Source: Deltaproteobacteria bacterium (GTDB lineage Bacteria > Myxococcota > Myxococcia > Myxococcales > 40CM-4-68-19). Taken from it: 48,211 bases of DNA. Where the stretch lies: contig JANXXR010000621.1 of assembly GCA_025350525.1 (NCBI GenBank), positions 1 to 48,211 on the forward strand, given 5' to 3'. Position numbers and translations under genes: made by a program. Shown piece after piece: positions 26,918-35,152 of this stretch (its first letter is position 1; each line of letters starts with the position of its first letter). Under the pieces are notes generated by a model. The model ran no database searches. It saw nothing but the letters and a program-made list of their open reading frames with translations, and had not been told where the DNA came from.

Positions 26918-27730
26918 TCAAAGCTCATCGTCGGGCTCCTCGGGAGCGGCGCGCGGGTCGGCGTTGCCCGGCAGGTAGAAGACCTCGTCGAGCACGAGGC
27001 CGTGCGGCGGCGCCGTCGCCCCGGCGCGCTTGCGGTCGCGGCCCAAGAGGAGCGCCGGCAGCGAGTCGGCCGGCCGGCGCCCGTGGCCCACCTCGACCAG
27101 CGTGCCCACCAGGTTGCGGACCATGTGCTTCAGGAAGGCGGTGGCCTCGACGGCGATGTCGATGCGGGCGCCGGTCGCCTCCACCGACAGCCGCCGGATC
27201 TCCCGCACGGTGGTGCGTGCCGCGCAGTTCGACGCCCGCAGCGCCGAGAAGTCGTGCCTGCCCAGCATCGCCGGCGCCGCTGCCTGCATCGCCGCGAGAT
27301 CCAGCGGCCGCCGGATCTCCCAGACCCGCCCGCGCCGCAGCGGCGAGCGCACCGTCGTCTGCAAAATAGAGTAGATATACCTCTTGCCGCGCGCCCAGCG
27401 GCGGGCGTCGAATCCGTCGGGCGCCTCGCAGGCCGAGACGCAGGCCAGGTCCGGCGGCAAGAGCGCGTTGAGCCCCGCCGTCCACGCCTTCATCGGCAGC
27501 GCCCGGGCCGCGAGCGAGACCACCTGCCCCCGCGCGTGCACGCCGGAATCGGTCCGCCCCGCGCCGGTGATCGGGATGGGAGCGCCGCAGAGCCGCTCGA
27601 TGGCGCCCTCCAGCACCGCCTGCACGCTGCGTCCGTTGGGCTGCACCTGCCAGCCGACGAAACCGCCGCCGTCGTACTCGACGGTCAGCTTGAGGAACCC
27701 GCCCGACTCCGGGGCCGCGGCTCCGTTCAT
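26918..27730 (-). CDS. truA: tRNA pseudouridine(38-40) synthase
   Basis: It has the blocks LTVEYDGGGFVGWQVQP and the catalytic GAGRTDSGVHARGQV, plus FLKHMVRNLVGTL. The length is 270 aa. Confidence 0.93.
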   Translation of the reverse strand: MNGAAAPESGGFLKLTVEYDGGGFVGWQVQPNGRSVQAVLEGAIERLCGAPIPITGAGRTDSGVHARGQVVSLAARALPMKAWTAGLNALLPPDLACVSACEAPDGFDARRWARGKRYIYSILQTTVRSPLRRGRVWEIRRPLDLAAMQAAAPAMLGRHDFSALRASNCAARTTVREIRRLSVEATGARIDIAVEATAFLKHMVRNLVGTLVEVGHGRRPADSLPALLLGRDRKRAGATAPPHGLVLDEVFYLPGNADPRAAPEEPDDEL

Positions 27731-28797
27731 TTCGCCTCGGCTTCCACCTTGGCCGCGCGCTCGGTCTCCGTCAGCGCATACCGCGCCAGCAGGTCGTTCA
27801 GGTTCATGGTCTGCAGCCCGCCCGCCTTCCCTCCGCTGGGCAAGAAGACGATCTGCTTTCCCTCCAGGGCCTCGGCCACCCGCAGCTTGACCAGCGTCCG
27901 CCCGCCGGCGCCGCTCATCGCCTGGTTGGTCTTGGCCACGCCCTGCGCGTGCGCCTTCTTCTCCGCCAGGATCGCTTCGGCCTCGCGCTGCGACTTGTAG
28001 TAGTCGGCGTCGGTGTGCAGCTTCACCTGGTCGAGCCCGCCCTTGGCCGTGGCGATCTTCTGCGACACCTGCCCCTTGGCGGTCTCGAGATTGCGCAGCG
28101 CCTCCTGCTGCGAGGCATTTCCCTCGGAGACCATCCGCTCCGCCGTCTGCTCCGCCAGCTTCTTGTCGTGGATGACCTTCTCGTAGTCGGGATGGAAGTG
28201 GTGCTCGCCGAGAATGACCCGCTCGACGATGACGCCCTCGGGTAAGAGCACCTTGCTGACCTTCTCGCGCGCCTCTTCCGCCTTGAGGAAGCGCTTGTCG
28301 GAGACGTAGAACTCCTCGCTGGTCATGGTGTTGAGCACGTCGCGCACGATGCTGCGGCAGGCGGGCCGGACCAGGTTCTCCTTCACCTCCGCGGTCGAGC
28401 CGCCCACGTGCTCGAGGATCCAGGGCGCCTTCTCGGTGTCGATGCGCCAGGCCACGGTCACGTCGACGGTGATGTCGTTGCCGTCGTGGGTCTTGAACTC
28501 GATGTCGTCGCGCTCGGCCCGGTCGCCCTCGGTCTTTGACTGCACCATGCCCAGGTTCTGCAGCGCGACGTTATAGACATGCCAATCGGTAATGAACGCC
28601 GGAAAGGTATAGGTCGCGCCCGGCGGATAGGTCTCCTGCTGCACCCCGGCCTTCCCCAGAATCCCTATCTTCCGGGTCAGAACCCCCACCTCCGTCGAAT
28701 CGGTATTATGAAACGTGCACGCTGTCAGGAGCACGAGGAGCAGCCCCTGCAGCCTGAAGCCTGAAGCCTGAAGCCTGCTTTTGAGCTCCATGATCAT
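27727..28797 (-). CDS. SPFH/band-7 (stomatin/HflC-like) lipoprotein
   Basis: It has the lipobox LVLLTAC and an SPFH core (GVLTRKIGILGKAGVQQETYPPGATYTFPAFITDWHVYNV ... VDVTVAWRI). A long coiled-coil tail follows. The start overlaps the upstream stop (ATGA). Confidence 0.85.
   Translation of the reverse strand: MIMELKSRLQASGFRLQGLLLVLLTACTFHNTDSTEVGVLTRKIGILGKAGVQQETYPPGATYTFPAFITDWHVYNVALQNLGMVQSKTEGDRAERDDIEFKTHDGNDITVDVTVAWRIDTEKAPWILEHVGGSTAEVKENLVRPACRSIVRDVLNTMTSEEFYVSDKRFLKAEEAREKVSKVLLPEGVIVERVILGEHHFHPDYEKVIHDKKLAEQTAERMVSEGNASQQEALRNLETAKGQVSQKIATAKGGLDQVKLHTDADYYKSQREAEAILAEKKAHAQGVAKTNQAMSGAGGRTLVKLRVAEALEGKQIVFLPSGGKAGGLQTMNLNDLLARYALTETERAAKVEAEAK
28748..28777. repeat. Heptanucleotide tandem repeat (plus strand TGNAGCC x4; coding sense GCTTCAG x3 plus GCTGCAG) in codons 8-17 of the SPFH lipoprotein gene
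   Basis: The units read tgcagcc-tgaagcc-tgaagcc-tgaagcc-tg. The 7-bp unit is not a multiple of 3. The tract encodes RLQASGFRLQ just before the signal-peptide hydrophobic core. Confidence 0.9.
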
Positions 28798-29840
28798 TCC
28801 CTCACATCAAAACGCTTGAGCAGCGTCTTCAAATCCAGCGGATTCATCGCTCCCTCGCCGTCCGTCGGCAGCACGATGACGCGCGTCCCGCGCAGCGCCT
28901 CCGCCATCCGCAGCCCGACCATGTTCTCGCTGCCCACGCCGCGCAGCGCCTGGTTCTCGAGCTCGATGCCCTGCGCCTCGGCCAGCTTGACCAGCAGATC
29001 TCCCGCGGCGGCCTTGGTGCGCCGGTAGAGATCGGCCTGCGCCTCCAGCTTCTTCACCTCCGCCTCGCCCCGCGCCAACTCCACCTGCACCGAGGCCGCG
29101 CCCTCGGCCACGATCTTGTTCTTGGCGGCGTTGGCCGTGGCCGCCTTGGCCTCCGCCTCGTTCTTGTAGACGGTCTGGTCCTGGATCTTCCGCTGCTCGA
29201 TGGCCTGCTGGTAGCGCTGGTCATAGGAATACTTGCGGACCAGCACTTGAAGAATCTCGATGCCCTTGTCCTTGAGCTCCGCCTCCAGCGCGATCTGCGC
29301 GTCGTGCGCCTTCTGGGTCCGCTTGGTGCCGCGGTAGAAGTCCTCCGCGTCCAGCTCGCCCAGCGCCCGCCGCAGATCCTGCTGGGCGCGCGGGATCACC
29401 GCGCTGTCTTCGAAGAGCCGCCCCGGCCCGATGGTGGTCATGACCTTGAGCGCGTCGGCGATGCGGTAGAGCACGGTCACGTCCACCTGTACCGTGTAGC
29501 CCTCGCTGGTCTGGATGTTGATCCCGGGCGCGAGGCGGTGGCCCTCCAGGTCCTCGGTCCCTTCGCTGCGCGAGCTGGAGAGCTCGAGCACCTGCACCCG
29601 CAACGGGAAGCGGTGCATGGTCTCGCCGACACCGATGTAGTGCAGCCCGGTGCCGTAGACGAAGGGCTCGATGCCCTTGCCCATGCCGAACTTGATCTGC
29701 TTGACCCCGGCCTCGCCGGGCTTCACGTAGGTGCTGCAGGAGTTGTAGCCGAGCAGCAGCACCAGGATGCTGCTGCCGATGATCCACAGCCTCGCGAAGC
29801 GGAGGCCGGGGATGTTCAAGCGGGGAATGTTGAGCGCCAT
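28794..29840 (-). CDS. SPFH/band-7 (HflK/HflC-like) membrane protein
   Basis: It has the N-terminal anchor LWIIGSSILVLLLGY and an SPFH core (YTVQVDVTVLYRIADALKV). The coiled-coil C-terminus contains KNEAEAKAATANAAKNKIVAEG. Confidence 0.85.
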   Translation of the reverse strand: MALNIPRLNIPGLRFARLWIIGSSILVLLLGYNSCSTYVKPGEAGVKQIKFGMGKGIEPFVYGTGLHYIGVGETMHRFPLRVQVLELSSSRSEGTEDLEGHRLAPGINIQTSEGYTVQVDVTVLYRIADALKVMTTIGPGRLFEDSAVIPRAQQDLRRALGELDAEDFYRGTKRTQKAHDAQIALEAELKDKGIEILQVLVRKYSYDQRYQQAIEQRKIQDQTVYKNEAEAKAATANAAKNKIVAEGAASVQVELARGEAEVKKLEAQADLYRRTKAAAGDLLVKLAEAQGIELENQALRGVGSENMVGLRMAEALRGTRVIVLPTDGEGAMNPLDLKTLLKRFDVRE

Positions 29841-29847
29841 CTGAAGT

Positions 29848-30489
29848 TCAGCTCCTCTCGCGCTGCGGATCGTCCTCCGCTGCGCGATCGTCTGCGACGG
29901 TTGCCGGCGCCTCGGCGAGGTGAGGGCGCGACTCGAGCGAGTGGGTCAACTCGGAGAGCGGGCGGTAGGTCTCGAGGATCTGGTTTGCCTTGGCCAGATC
30001 CTGCACCAGCGCGTCGAGTTTCTTGCGGAAGCGCCTTCGGTACCACCACATCGCCAGGTCGGGAAAGACCGGGCCGGCCACCAGCAGCACCGCCGGGAAC
30101 CACTTCTCGTAGATGGGGATGTAGGGCGTCTCGACAGCGATGATACCAAGTATAAACCCAGCCAGTGCGAAGGTGGCCCGCGCCAGCAGATCGCCGCCGC
30201 GCCAGATGCCGTAGTCGCGGTTGGCGAGGCCGATCTCTTCGGTGGCCACCTTGGCGTAGCGCGGCAGGAGGATCTCGTCGAGGACGCGGCGGACCCGCTG
30301 CCAGTACTGCGGGTCGTCGATCTCCAGCTCGTGGAGCTGCCGCTCCATCTGCACGATCTCGCCCTCGGCCTGCGCCCGCAGCGAGGCCTCGAGCTCGGGA
30401 GTCCAGGCGCGAACGCCCGGCCGCCGCAGCTCGAACTGCTCGAGCAGGTAGCGCCCCACGGCGTCCAGCCGGTAGCGGTCGGGGACCAT
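29848..30489 (-). CDS. Hypothetical membrane protein (213 aa), first gene of the SPFH pair cluster
   Basis: The N-terminus is soluble and helical. Two central TM segments follow (ATFALAGFILGIIAV, WFPAVLLVAGPVF), then a charged tail. Its stop lies 7 nt upstream of the SPFH gene start. Confidence 0.6.
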   Translation of the reverse strand: MVPDRYRLDAVGRYLLEQFELRRPGVRAWTPELEASLRAQAEGEIVQMERQLHELEIDDPQYWQRVRRVLDEILLPRYAKVATEEIGLANRDYGIWRGGDLLARATFALAGFILGIIAVETPYIPIYEKWFPAVLLVAGPVFPDLAMWWYRRRFRKKLDALVQDLAKANQILETYRPLSELTHSLESRPHLAEAPATVADDRAAEDDPQRERS

Positions 30490-30516
30490 GGGGGGAGATC
30501 TAACACGCGGGCGGCG

Positions 30517-31782
30517 CTACATCCCTTCATCCGCGTTGATGTACGCGCGCTCGCCCGCCTCGGCCATGTCCATGCCGGAGTGCTCGTTCTCCTCGTCAGC
30601 GCGCAGCGGCGTGACGAGCGGGATCACCTTGATGAGCACGAAGGAGAGCAGGCCCGACCAGGCAAAGGTCGCGAGGATGCCCACCGCCTGGATGCCGACC
30701 AGCTTGAGGCTGCCGTCGGCGCCGTCGGGGTTGACGACCTTGCTGGCGAAGACGCCGGTGAGCAGCGCGCCCAGGGTCGCGCCGACGCCGTGGACGGCGA
30801 AGACGTCGAGCGAGTCGTCGAGCCCCAGCCGCGGGCGGTAGCGGACGGCGGTGAGCGAAGCCAGGCCTGCTGCCGCGCCGATGACCAGCGCCGAGAGCGG
30901 CGTGACGAAGCCCGCCGCCGGAGTGATGGCGACGAGGCCCGCCACGGCGCCCGAGGCGAGGCCGACGCCGGACATCTTGCCGTGGAAGAAGAAGAGCTCG
31001 GCGAGTCCCCAGGCCAACGCGGCGGCGGCGGGGGCGAAGAAGGTATTGGAGAAGGCGTAGGCCGCGAGGCCGTTGGCGGCCAGCGCGCTGCCGCCGTTGA
31101 AGCCCAGCCAGCCGAACCAGAGCAGCCCCGCGCCGAGGATGGCGAAGGGCACGTTGTGCGGCAGCGTCGAGGGAGCGCGCAGCCCGCGCCGCTTGCCCAG
31201 CGCCACCGCGAAGACCACCGCTGCCGCGGCGGCGTTGATGTGGACGACGGTGCCGCCGGCAAAGTCGAGGCAGCCCAGCTGGTGCAGCCAGCCGCCGGGC
31301 GCCCAGACCCAGTGCGCCACCGGCGTGTAGACGACGATGCTCCAGAGGCCGACGAAGAGCAGGTACGCCTTGATGCGGACGCGCTCGACGATGGCGCCCG
31401 AGATCAAGGCCGGCGTGATCACCGCGAACATGCCCTGGTAGAGCATGAAGGCCGCGTGCGGCACGGTGGGCGCGAGGTCCTTGTAGACGTCGGCGCCCAC
31501 GCCGCGCAGGCCGATCCAGGCGAGGCTGCCGATGTAGCGGTCGAGGCCGGCCGAGCCCGGCGAGAAGGCGAGGCTGTATGAGAAGAGGGCCCAGAGCACG
31601 CCCACCAGCGCCATGCAGACCAGCGAGAGGATCATGGTGTGGACGACGTTCTTGGCGCGGACCAGGCCGCCGTAGAAGAAGGCGAGGCCCGGCGTCATCA
31701 AGAGCACGAGGCCGGCGCAGACGAGAAGGAGGGCGGTATCGCCGGAGTCGACTTGGCCAGGGACAGTTGCCAGAAGTTGCAT
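30517..31782 (-). CDS. amt: Ammonium transporter (Amt family)
   Basis: It has the blocks LVLLMTPGLAFFYGGLVR, DFAGGTVVHINAAAAA and VHGVGATLGALLTGVFA. The length is 421 aa. Confidence 0.93.
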   Translation of the reverse strand: MQLLATVPGQVDSGDTALLLVCAGLVLLMTPGLAFFYGGLVRAKNVVHTMILSLVCMALVGVLWALFSYSLAFSPGSAGLDRYIGSLAWIGLRGVGADVYKDLAPTVPHAAFMLYQGMFAVITPALISGAIVERVRIKAYLLFVGLWSIVVYTPVAHWVWAPGGWLHQLGCLDFAGGTVVHINAAAAAVVFAVALGKRRGLRAPSTLPHNVPFAILGAGLLWFGWLGFNGGSALAANGLAAYAFSNTFFAPAAAALAWGLAELFFFHGKMSGVGLASGAVAGLVAITPAAGFVTPLSALVIGAAAGLASLTAVRYRPRLGLDDSLDVFAVHGVGATLGALLTGVFASKVVNPDGADGSLKLVGIQAVGILATFAWSGLLSFVLIKVIPLVTPLRADEENEHSGMDMAEAGERAYINADEGM

Positions 31783-31791
31783 CCGGCGACC

Positions 31792-33525
31792 TTAGCCAAG
31801 CTTTGCCGCGTTGCGCAATCGCCGTCGGGCCACGAGGGCCAGCGCGGCGACAATCGACAGCCAGGGCCCGCCGCCGGCCTGGGCGCAGCCGCGAACTTGC
31901 CCCGCGGGCGGGTCTTGGTGGCCGCCGTCGGAACCGGAGAGGCCAGCATCGGAAGCTCCGCCTCCGGGAGAACCCGCGTCGGGGGAGGCGGGCGGCGCGA
32001 CGGCGAGATCGGTCTGCCCGACGTAGTCCTGCGGCACGTCCACGCCCTCGTGCACGACCGCGGCCCAGAGCGTGCGCGTGCCGGTGCGCTCGAGCTTGAG
32101 TTGCACCGCCAGATCCACCTCGGCGCCGGGAGCGAGCGGCGCGGCCAGGCCCCAGCGCCACGGATGTGCGGGCAGCGCCGGCGCCCGATCGGCTGCGTCC
32201 ACGGCGACGCGAAAGCTTCCCGGCGCCGCGCTGGCCGCTGCCTGCGTCTCGTCGTAGACGGTGGAGGGCGGCGGCAGGGCGGCTGCGATCGTTTGACCCC
32301 CAACGTTCTTCACGTGCAGCGTCGCGGTCACCGTTCCGCCGGGGTCGAGAGTAGCGGGCGAGAAGGTCGCCGAGACCAGGTGCAGCACGCCCGGCGAGGT
32401 GGGCGGCGGCGGCGGCGCGCTGCCGAAGGCGGTCTTGATGGCGTCCCACGACTCGGTGCGGCCGGCGTCGTAGCCGAGCGCCCAGATCATGATGCCGGCC
32501 AGGTTCCGGGCGTTGACGAACTGGTACTTGAGCGCCAGCGACTGGCCGTCGTCGACCCAGCCCTGGTGCTCCTGCCCGTTGAGCGAATACCGGTACCAAG
32601 GCGTCTGCGAGGCGCTGTCCCAGAGGCGGCCATAGGTCGAGAATTTTCCGAAGGCGGCCTCGAAGAGCACGGTGGCGCCGCCCGTCGAGTTGGCCGATCC
32701 CGGGCTCGCCGTCGTCGTGGGCCAGTCGTAGCCGTAGTAGGGCACGCCCATCGCGAGCGCCGACGCGGGCGCCTCCGCGAGAAAGCCGCCCACCGCCGAC
32801 TCGACCGGCGGCAAGGGCGCGTTGGCTCCCGAGGTCGGGGCCGTGCGCCAGTGGTAGTCGTACTCCATCAGCAGCAGCCGCTCGCTGACCGCGGCGAGGC
32901 CTTTGGCGTCGTAGCCGGTGTAGCCGGTGTCCGCGGGCATGGCCAAGGTGACCTCGGCGGCAGGCAGCGCAGAGCGGAGCGCGGTGTGAAGCTGCCGGAC
33001 GAAGGCGGTGAACTGCGCTCGAGAGCCAGAGGGCACGAACTCGAAGTCGAGGTTGAGCCCGTCGAGGCCACTCGACGTCGCGATGGCGAGCAGCTGCGAG
33101 ACCGTCTTCGACTGCGCCGCGGCGCTCCCCAGGAACGTGGCGATCTCGCTGCCGCCGCTGGAGTTGAAGAGCGTCGCGCAGAGGTGGACCTTGACGCCGT
33201 GCGCGTGTGCCGCCGAGACCAGCGCGGCGCCGGGCAGCGCGTGTGTGTTGCTCACCGTGCCGTCGGTGCCGACGCCGGCCGAGAAGGCCACCACGTCGCT
33301 GATCAGATCCCAGTTGAAGGCGGCGAGGTCGAGCGACTCCCAGTACGGCAGGTATCCATAGACGCGGCGGGCGAGCGCGGGCGCGGTGGCCGCGAGCTGC
33401 TGGCGGGGAGGGGCGGCGCGGACCCACTGCGCCTCGGCGTCCTGCGCGTGCAGCTCGGCGTCCGCGGCGTGCGGGCCCAGCACTGTGAGCAGCGCTGCGA
33501 GGAGGAGCTGCATCCGGACCCGCAC
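31792..33525 (-). CDS. Secreted GH18 (chitinase-like) glycoside hydrolase with a C-terminal MYXO-CTERM-type sorting tail
   Basis: It has a signal peptide and the GH18 catalytic block SSGLDGLNLDFE (DG-x-N-x-D-x-E). A beta-sandwich-like middle domain follows. The tail is RGCAQAGGGPWLSIVAALALVARRRLR, i.e. GC..GG, a hydrophobic helix and an Arg cluster. Confidence 0.8.
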   Translation of the reverse strand: MRVRMQLLLAALLTVLGPHAADAELHAQDAEAQWVRAAPPRQQLAATAPALARRVYGYLPYWESLDLAAFNWDLISDVVAFSAGVGTDGTVSNTHALPGAALVSAAHAHGVKVHLCATLFNSSGGSEIATFLGSAAAQSKTVSQLLAIATSSGLDGLNLDFEFVPSGSRAQFTAFVRQLHTALRSALPAAEVTLAMPADTGYTGYDAKGLAAVSERLLLMEYDYHWRTAPTSGANAPLPPVESAVGGFLAEAPASALAMGVPYYGYDWPTTTASPGSANSTGGATVLFEAAFGKFSTYGRLWDSASQTPWYRYSLNGQEHQGWVDDGQSLALKYQFVNARNLAGIMIWALGYDAGRTESWDAIKTAFGSAPPPPPTSPGVLHLVSATFSPATLDPGGTVTATLHVKNVGGQTIAAALPPPSTVYDETQAAASAAPGSFRVAVDAADRAPALPAHPWRWGLAAPLAPGAEVDLAVQLKLERTGTRTLWAAVVHEGVDVPQDYVGQTDLAVAPPASPDAGSPGGGASDAGLSGSDGGHQDPPAGQVRGCAQAGGGPWLSIVAALALVARRRLRNAAKLG

Positions 33526-33647
33526 GATTCACAAGGGGCCCGGCTTTGCCATCCGCCGACCGGCGGGAGCGCGAGCGCAACCGGAGGGCGACCGGCCGCA
33601 TCCAGAGGCGACTCGCCCGGGCTTTCCTGCGCCGTTATGCTGGCGGC

Positions 33648-34067
33648 ATGGGCCTCGTGGTCGTCTACGACGCGGACTGCGGCGTCTGCCAGGCGTCGGT
33701 CGCCTGGGTGCGGCGCCGCGACCGGCGCTCTGCCATCGAGTTCGTCGGCAACGACGCCGCAGCTCTGCCCGCTTCCGTCTCCCTCGAGGAGACCGAGCAC
33801 ACCATCGTCGTCCTCGACGGCCCGCGGAAGTGGGTCCGCGCCGAGGGCGTCGCCCGCATCCTCCGTGAGCTGCGCGGCTGGTCAGCCCTGGGCGTGATCC
33901 TGCGCGCGCCCGTCCTACGCCAGCTGGCCAACCTGGGCTACGACGCCTTCGCCAAGCGCCGCCATCGGGTCAGCGCCGCGCTCGGCCTGCGCTCCTGCAC
34001 AGTTCCGGGAGTTAAGGGGACACCATACGCAACCCGTGCCAAGTCCGATCCGCCGCCGTTGGCATGA
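33648..34067 (+). CDS. Thiol-disulfide oxidoreductase, DCC family (DUF393)
   Basis: The ATG at 33648 is followed by the motif VVVYDADCGVCQASVAWV. The last ~20 codons (…TVPGVKGTPYATRAKSDPPPLA) are encoded by the inverted-repeat element. Confidence 0.8.
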   Translation: MGLVVVYDADCGVCQASVAWVRRRDRRSAIEFVGNDAAALPASVSLEETEHTIVVLDGPRKWVRAEGVARILRELRGWSALGVILRAPVLRQLANLGYDAFAKRRHRVSAALGLRSCTVPGVKGTPYATRAKSDPPPLA

Positions 34068-34085
34068 GTCGCGTATGGTGTCCCC
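34016..34085. repeat. 70-bp element with perfect 15-bp terminal inverted repeats (GGGGACACCATACGC / GCGTATGGTGTCCCC) and a nested 6-bp stem
   Basis: It is read directly from the sequence. The arms lie at 34016-34030 and 34071-34085, and the inner pair TGCCAA/TTGGCA at 34036-41 / 34059-64. It sits between convergent genes and covers the DCC stop codon. Confidence 0.9.
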
Positions 34086-34090
34086 AGATC

Positions 34091-35152
34091 TCAGGCGGAG
34101 GTCTTGGCCAGCGCGCGGATGCTCTCGGTGATGGAAGGAAGCTGCGGCACGGTAGCCATCTCCAGGCTGTCGGCGAGGCCGATGCCGGGCACGTGCTTGC
34201 CGGCCAAGAGCCGCGGCGGCGCCACCAGCTCGTAGAAAAGCTCCTCGACGGTGCGGCGGATGAGGTGCTCGCCGAAGTTGGTGACCTCGGTGTCCTCGTT
34301 GACGTAGAGGACGCGCCCGGTGCGCCGCACCGACTCCACGATGCGCTCCCAGTCGTACGGCCAGAGCGAGCGCAGGTCGATGACCTCGGCCTCGATGCCT
34401 TCCGCCGAAAGCTCGTCGGCGGCCTTGGCGCAGAGCGGGAGCGTGCGCCCGTAGCTGACCACGGTGAGGTCGTTGCCCTGCCGCACGGTGCGGGCCTCGC
34501 CGAAGGGCACGAAGAGGTCGGGCGTGTCGGGCCACTGCGGCTGCCACTTGCTGCGGTCGCCCAGCGGCGCGTCGATGAGCTTCGAGAGCGCCTTGTCGTC
34601 GCCGGGCTCTCCCGGGATCTCCTCGCCCGGCTGCGCCCGCACCCGGAGCAGGGCCTTGGGCACGAGGAAGAAGCTGGGGTTGGGATCGACGACGCAGCTC
34701 AAGAGCATGCCGTAGGCGTCGCGCGGGTTCGAGGGCATCATGATCTTGAAGCCGGGCAGGTGCGTGGCGGTCGCGTCGAACGAGTGCGAATGGTAGATGC
34801 TGCCGCGGATGCCCGACCCGACCGGCGTCATGATGGTCATCGGGCAATTCCAGTCGCCATTGGAAGCCCAATGCATCATCCCTGCGAGCTTCAATAGGTC
34901 GATGGTATTGAAGGCATAGTCGCAGAATTGAATTTCGGCGACGTTGCGGCAGCCCGCCAGCCCCAGCCCGATGCTGGCGCCGACGATGCCGCGCTCGTCG
35001 AGCGGAGAGTTCCACGCCGTCTTCAGGCCCTGGGTGGCGGTGAAGGCGCCGCCCAGGGGCGCGCCCACGTCCTCGCCGAAGATGTCGGTGACGCCGTGCC
35101 GCTCCTCGGCGACGTGCAGCGCCATGCGGATGGCCTGGACCATGTTGCTCAC
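34091..35152 (-). CDS. 2-oxoacid dehydrogenase E1 component, beta subunit
   Basis: It has the transketolase-like pyrimidine-binding and C-terminal domains, with the blocks IFGEDVG..GGAF, TPLDERGIVG-type (NSPLDERGIVGASIG), AEIQFCDYAF and DLTVVSYG. The GTG start overlaps the alpha-subunit stop (GTGA). Confidence 0.9.
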   Translation of the reverse strand: MSNMVQAIRMALHVAEERHGVTDIFGEDVGAPLGGAFTATQGLKTAWNSPLDERGIVGASIGLGLAGCRNVAEIQFCDYAFNTIDLLKLAGMMHWASNGDWNCPMTIMTPVGSGIRGSIYHSHSFDATATHLPGFKIMMPSNPRDAYGMLLSCVVDPNPSFFLVPKALLRVRAQPGEEIPGEPGDDKALSKLIDAPLGDRSKWQPQWPDTPDLFVPFGEARTVRQGNDLTVVSYGRTLPLCAKAADELSAEGIEAEVIDLRSLWPYDWERIVESVRRTGRVLYVNEDTEVTNFGEHLIRRTVEELFYELVAPPRLLAGKHVPGIGLADSLEMATVPQLPSITESIRALAKTSA

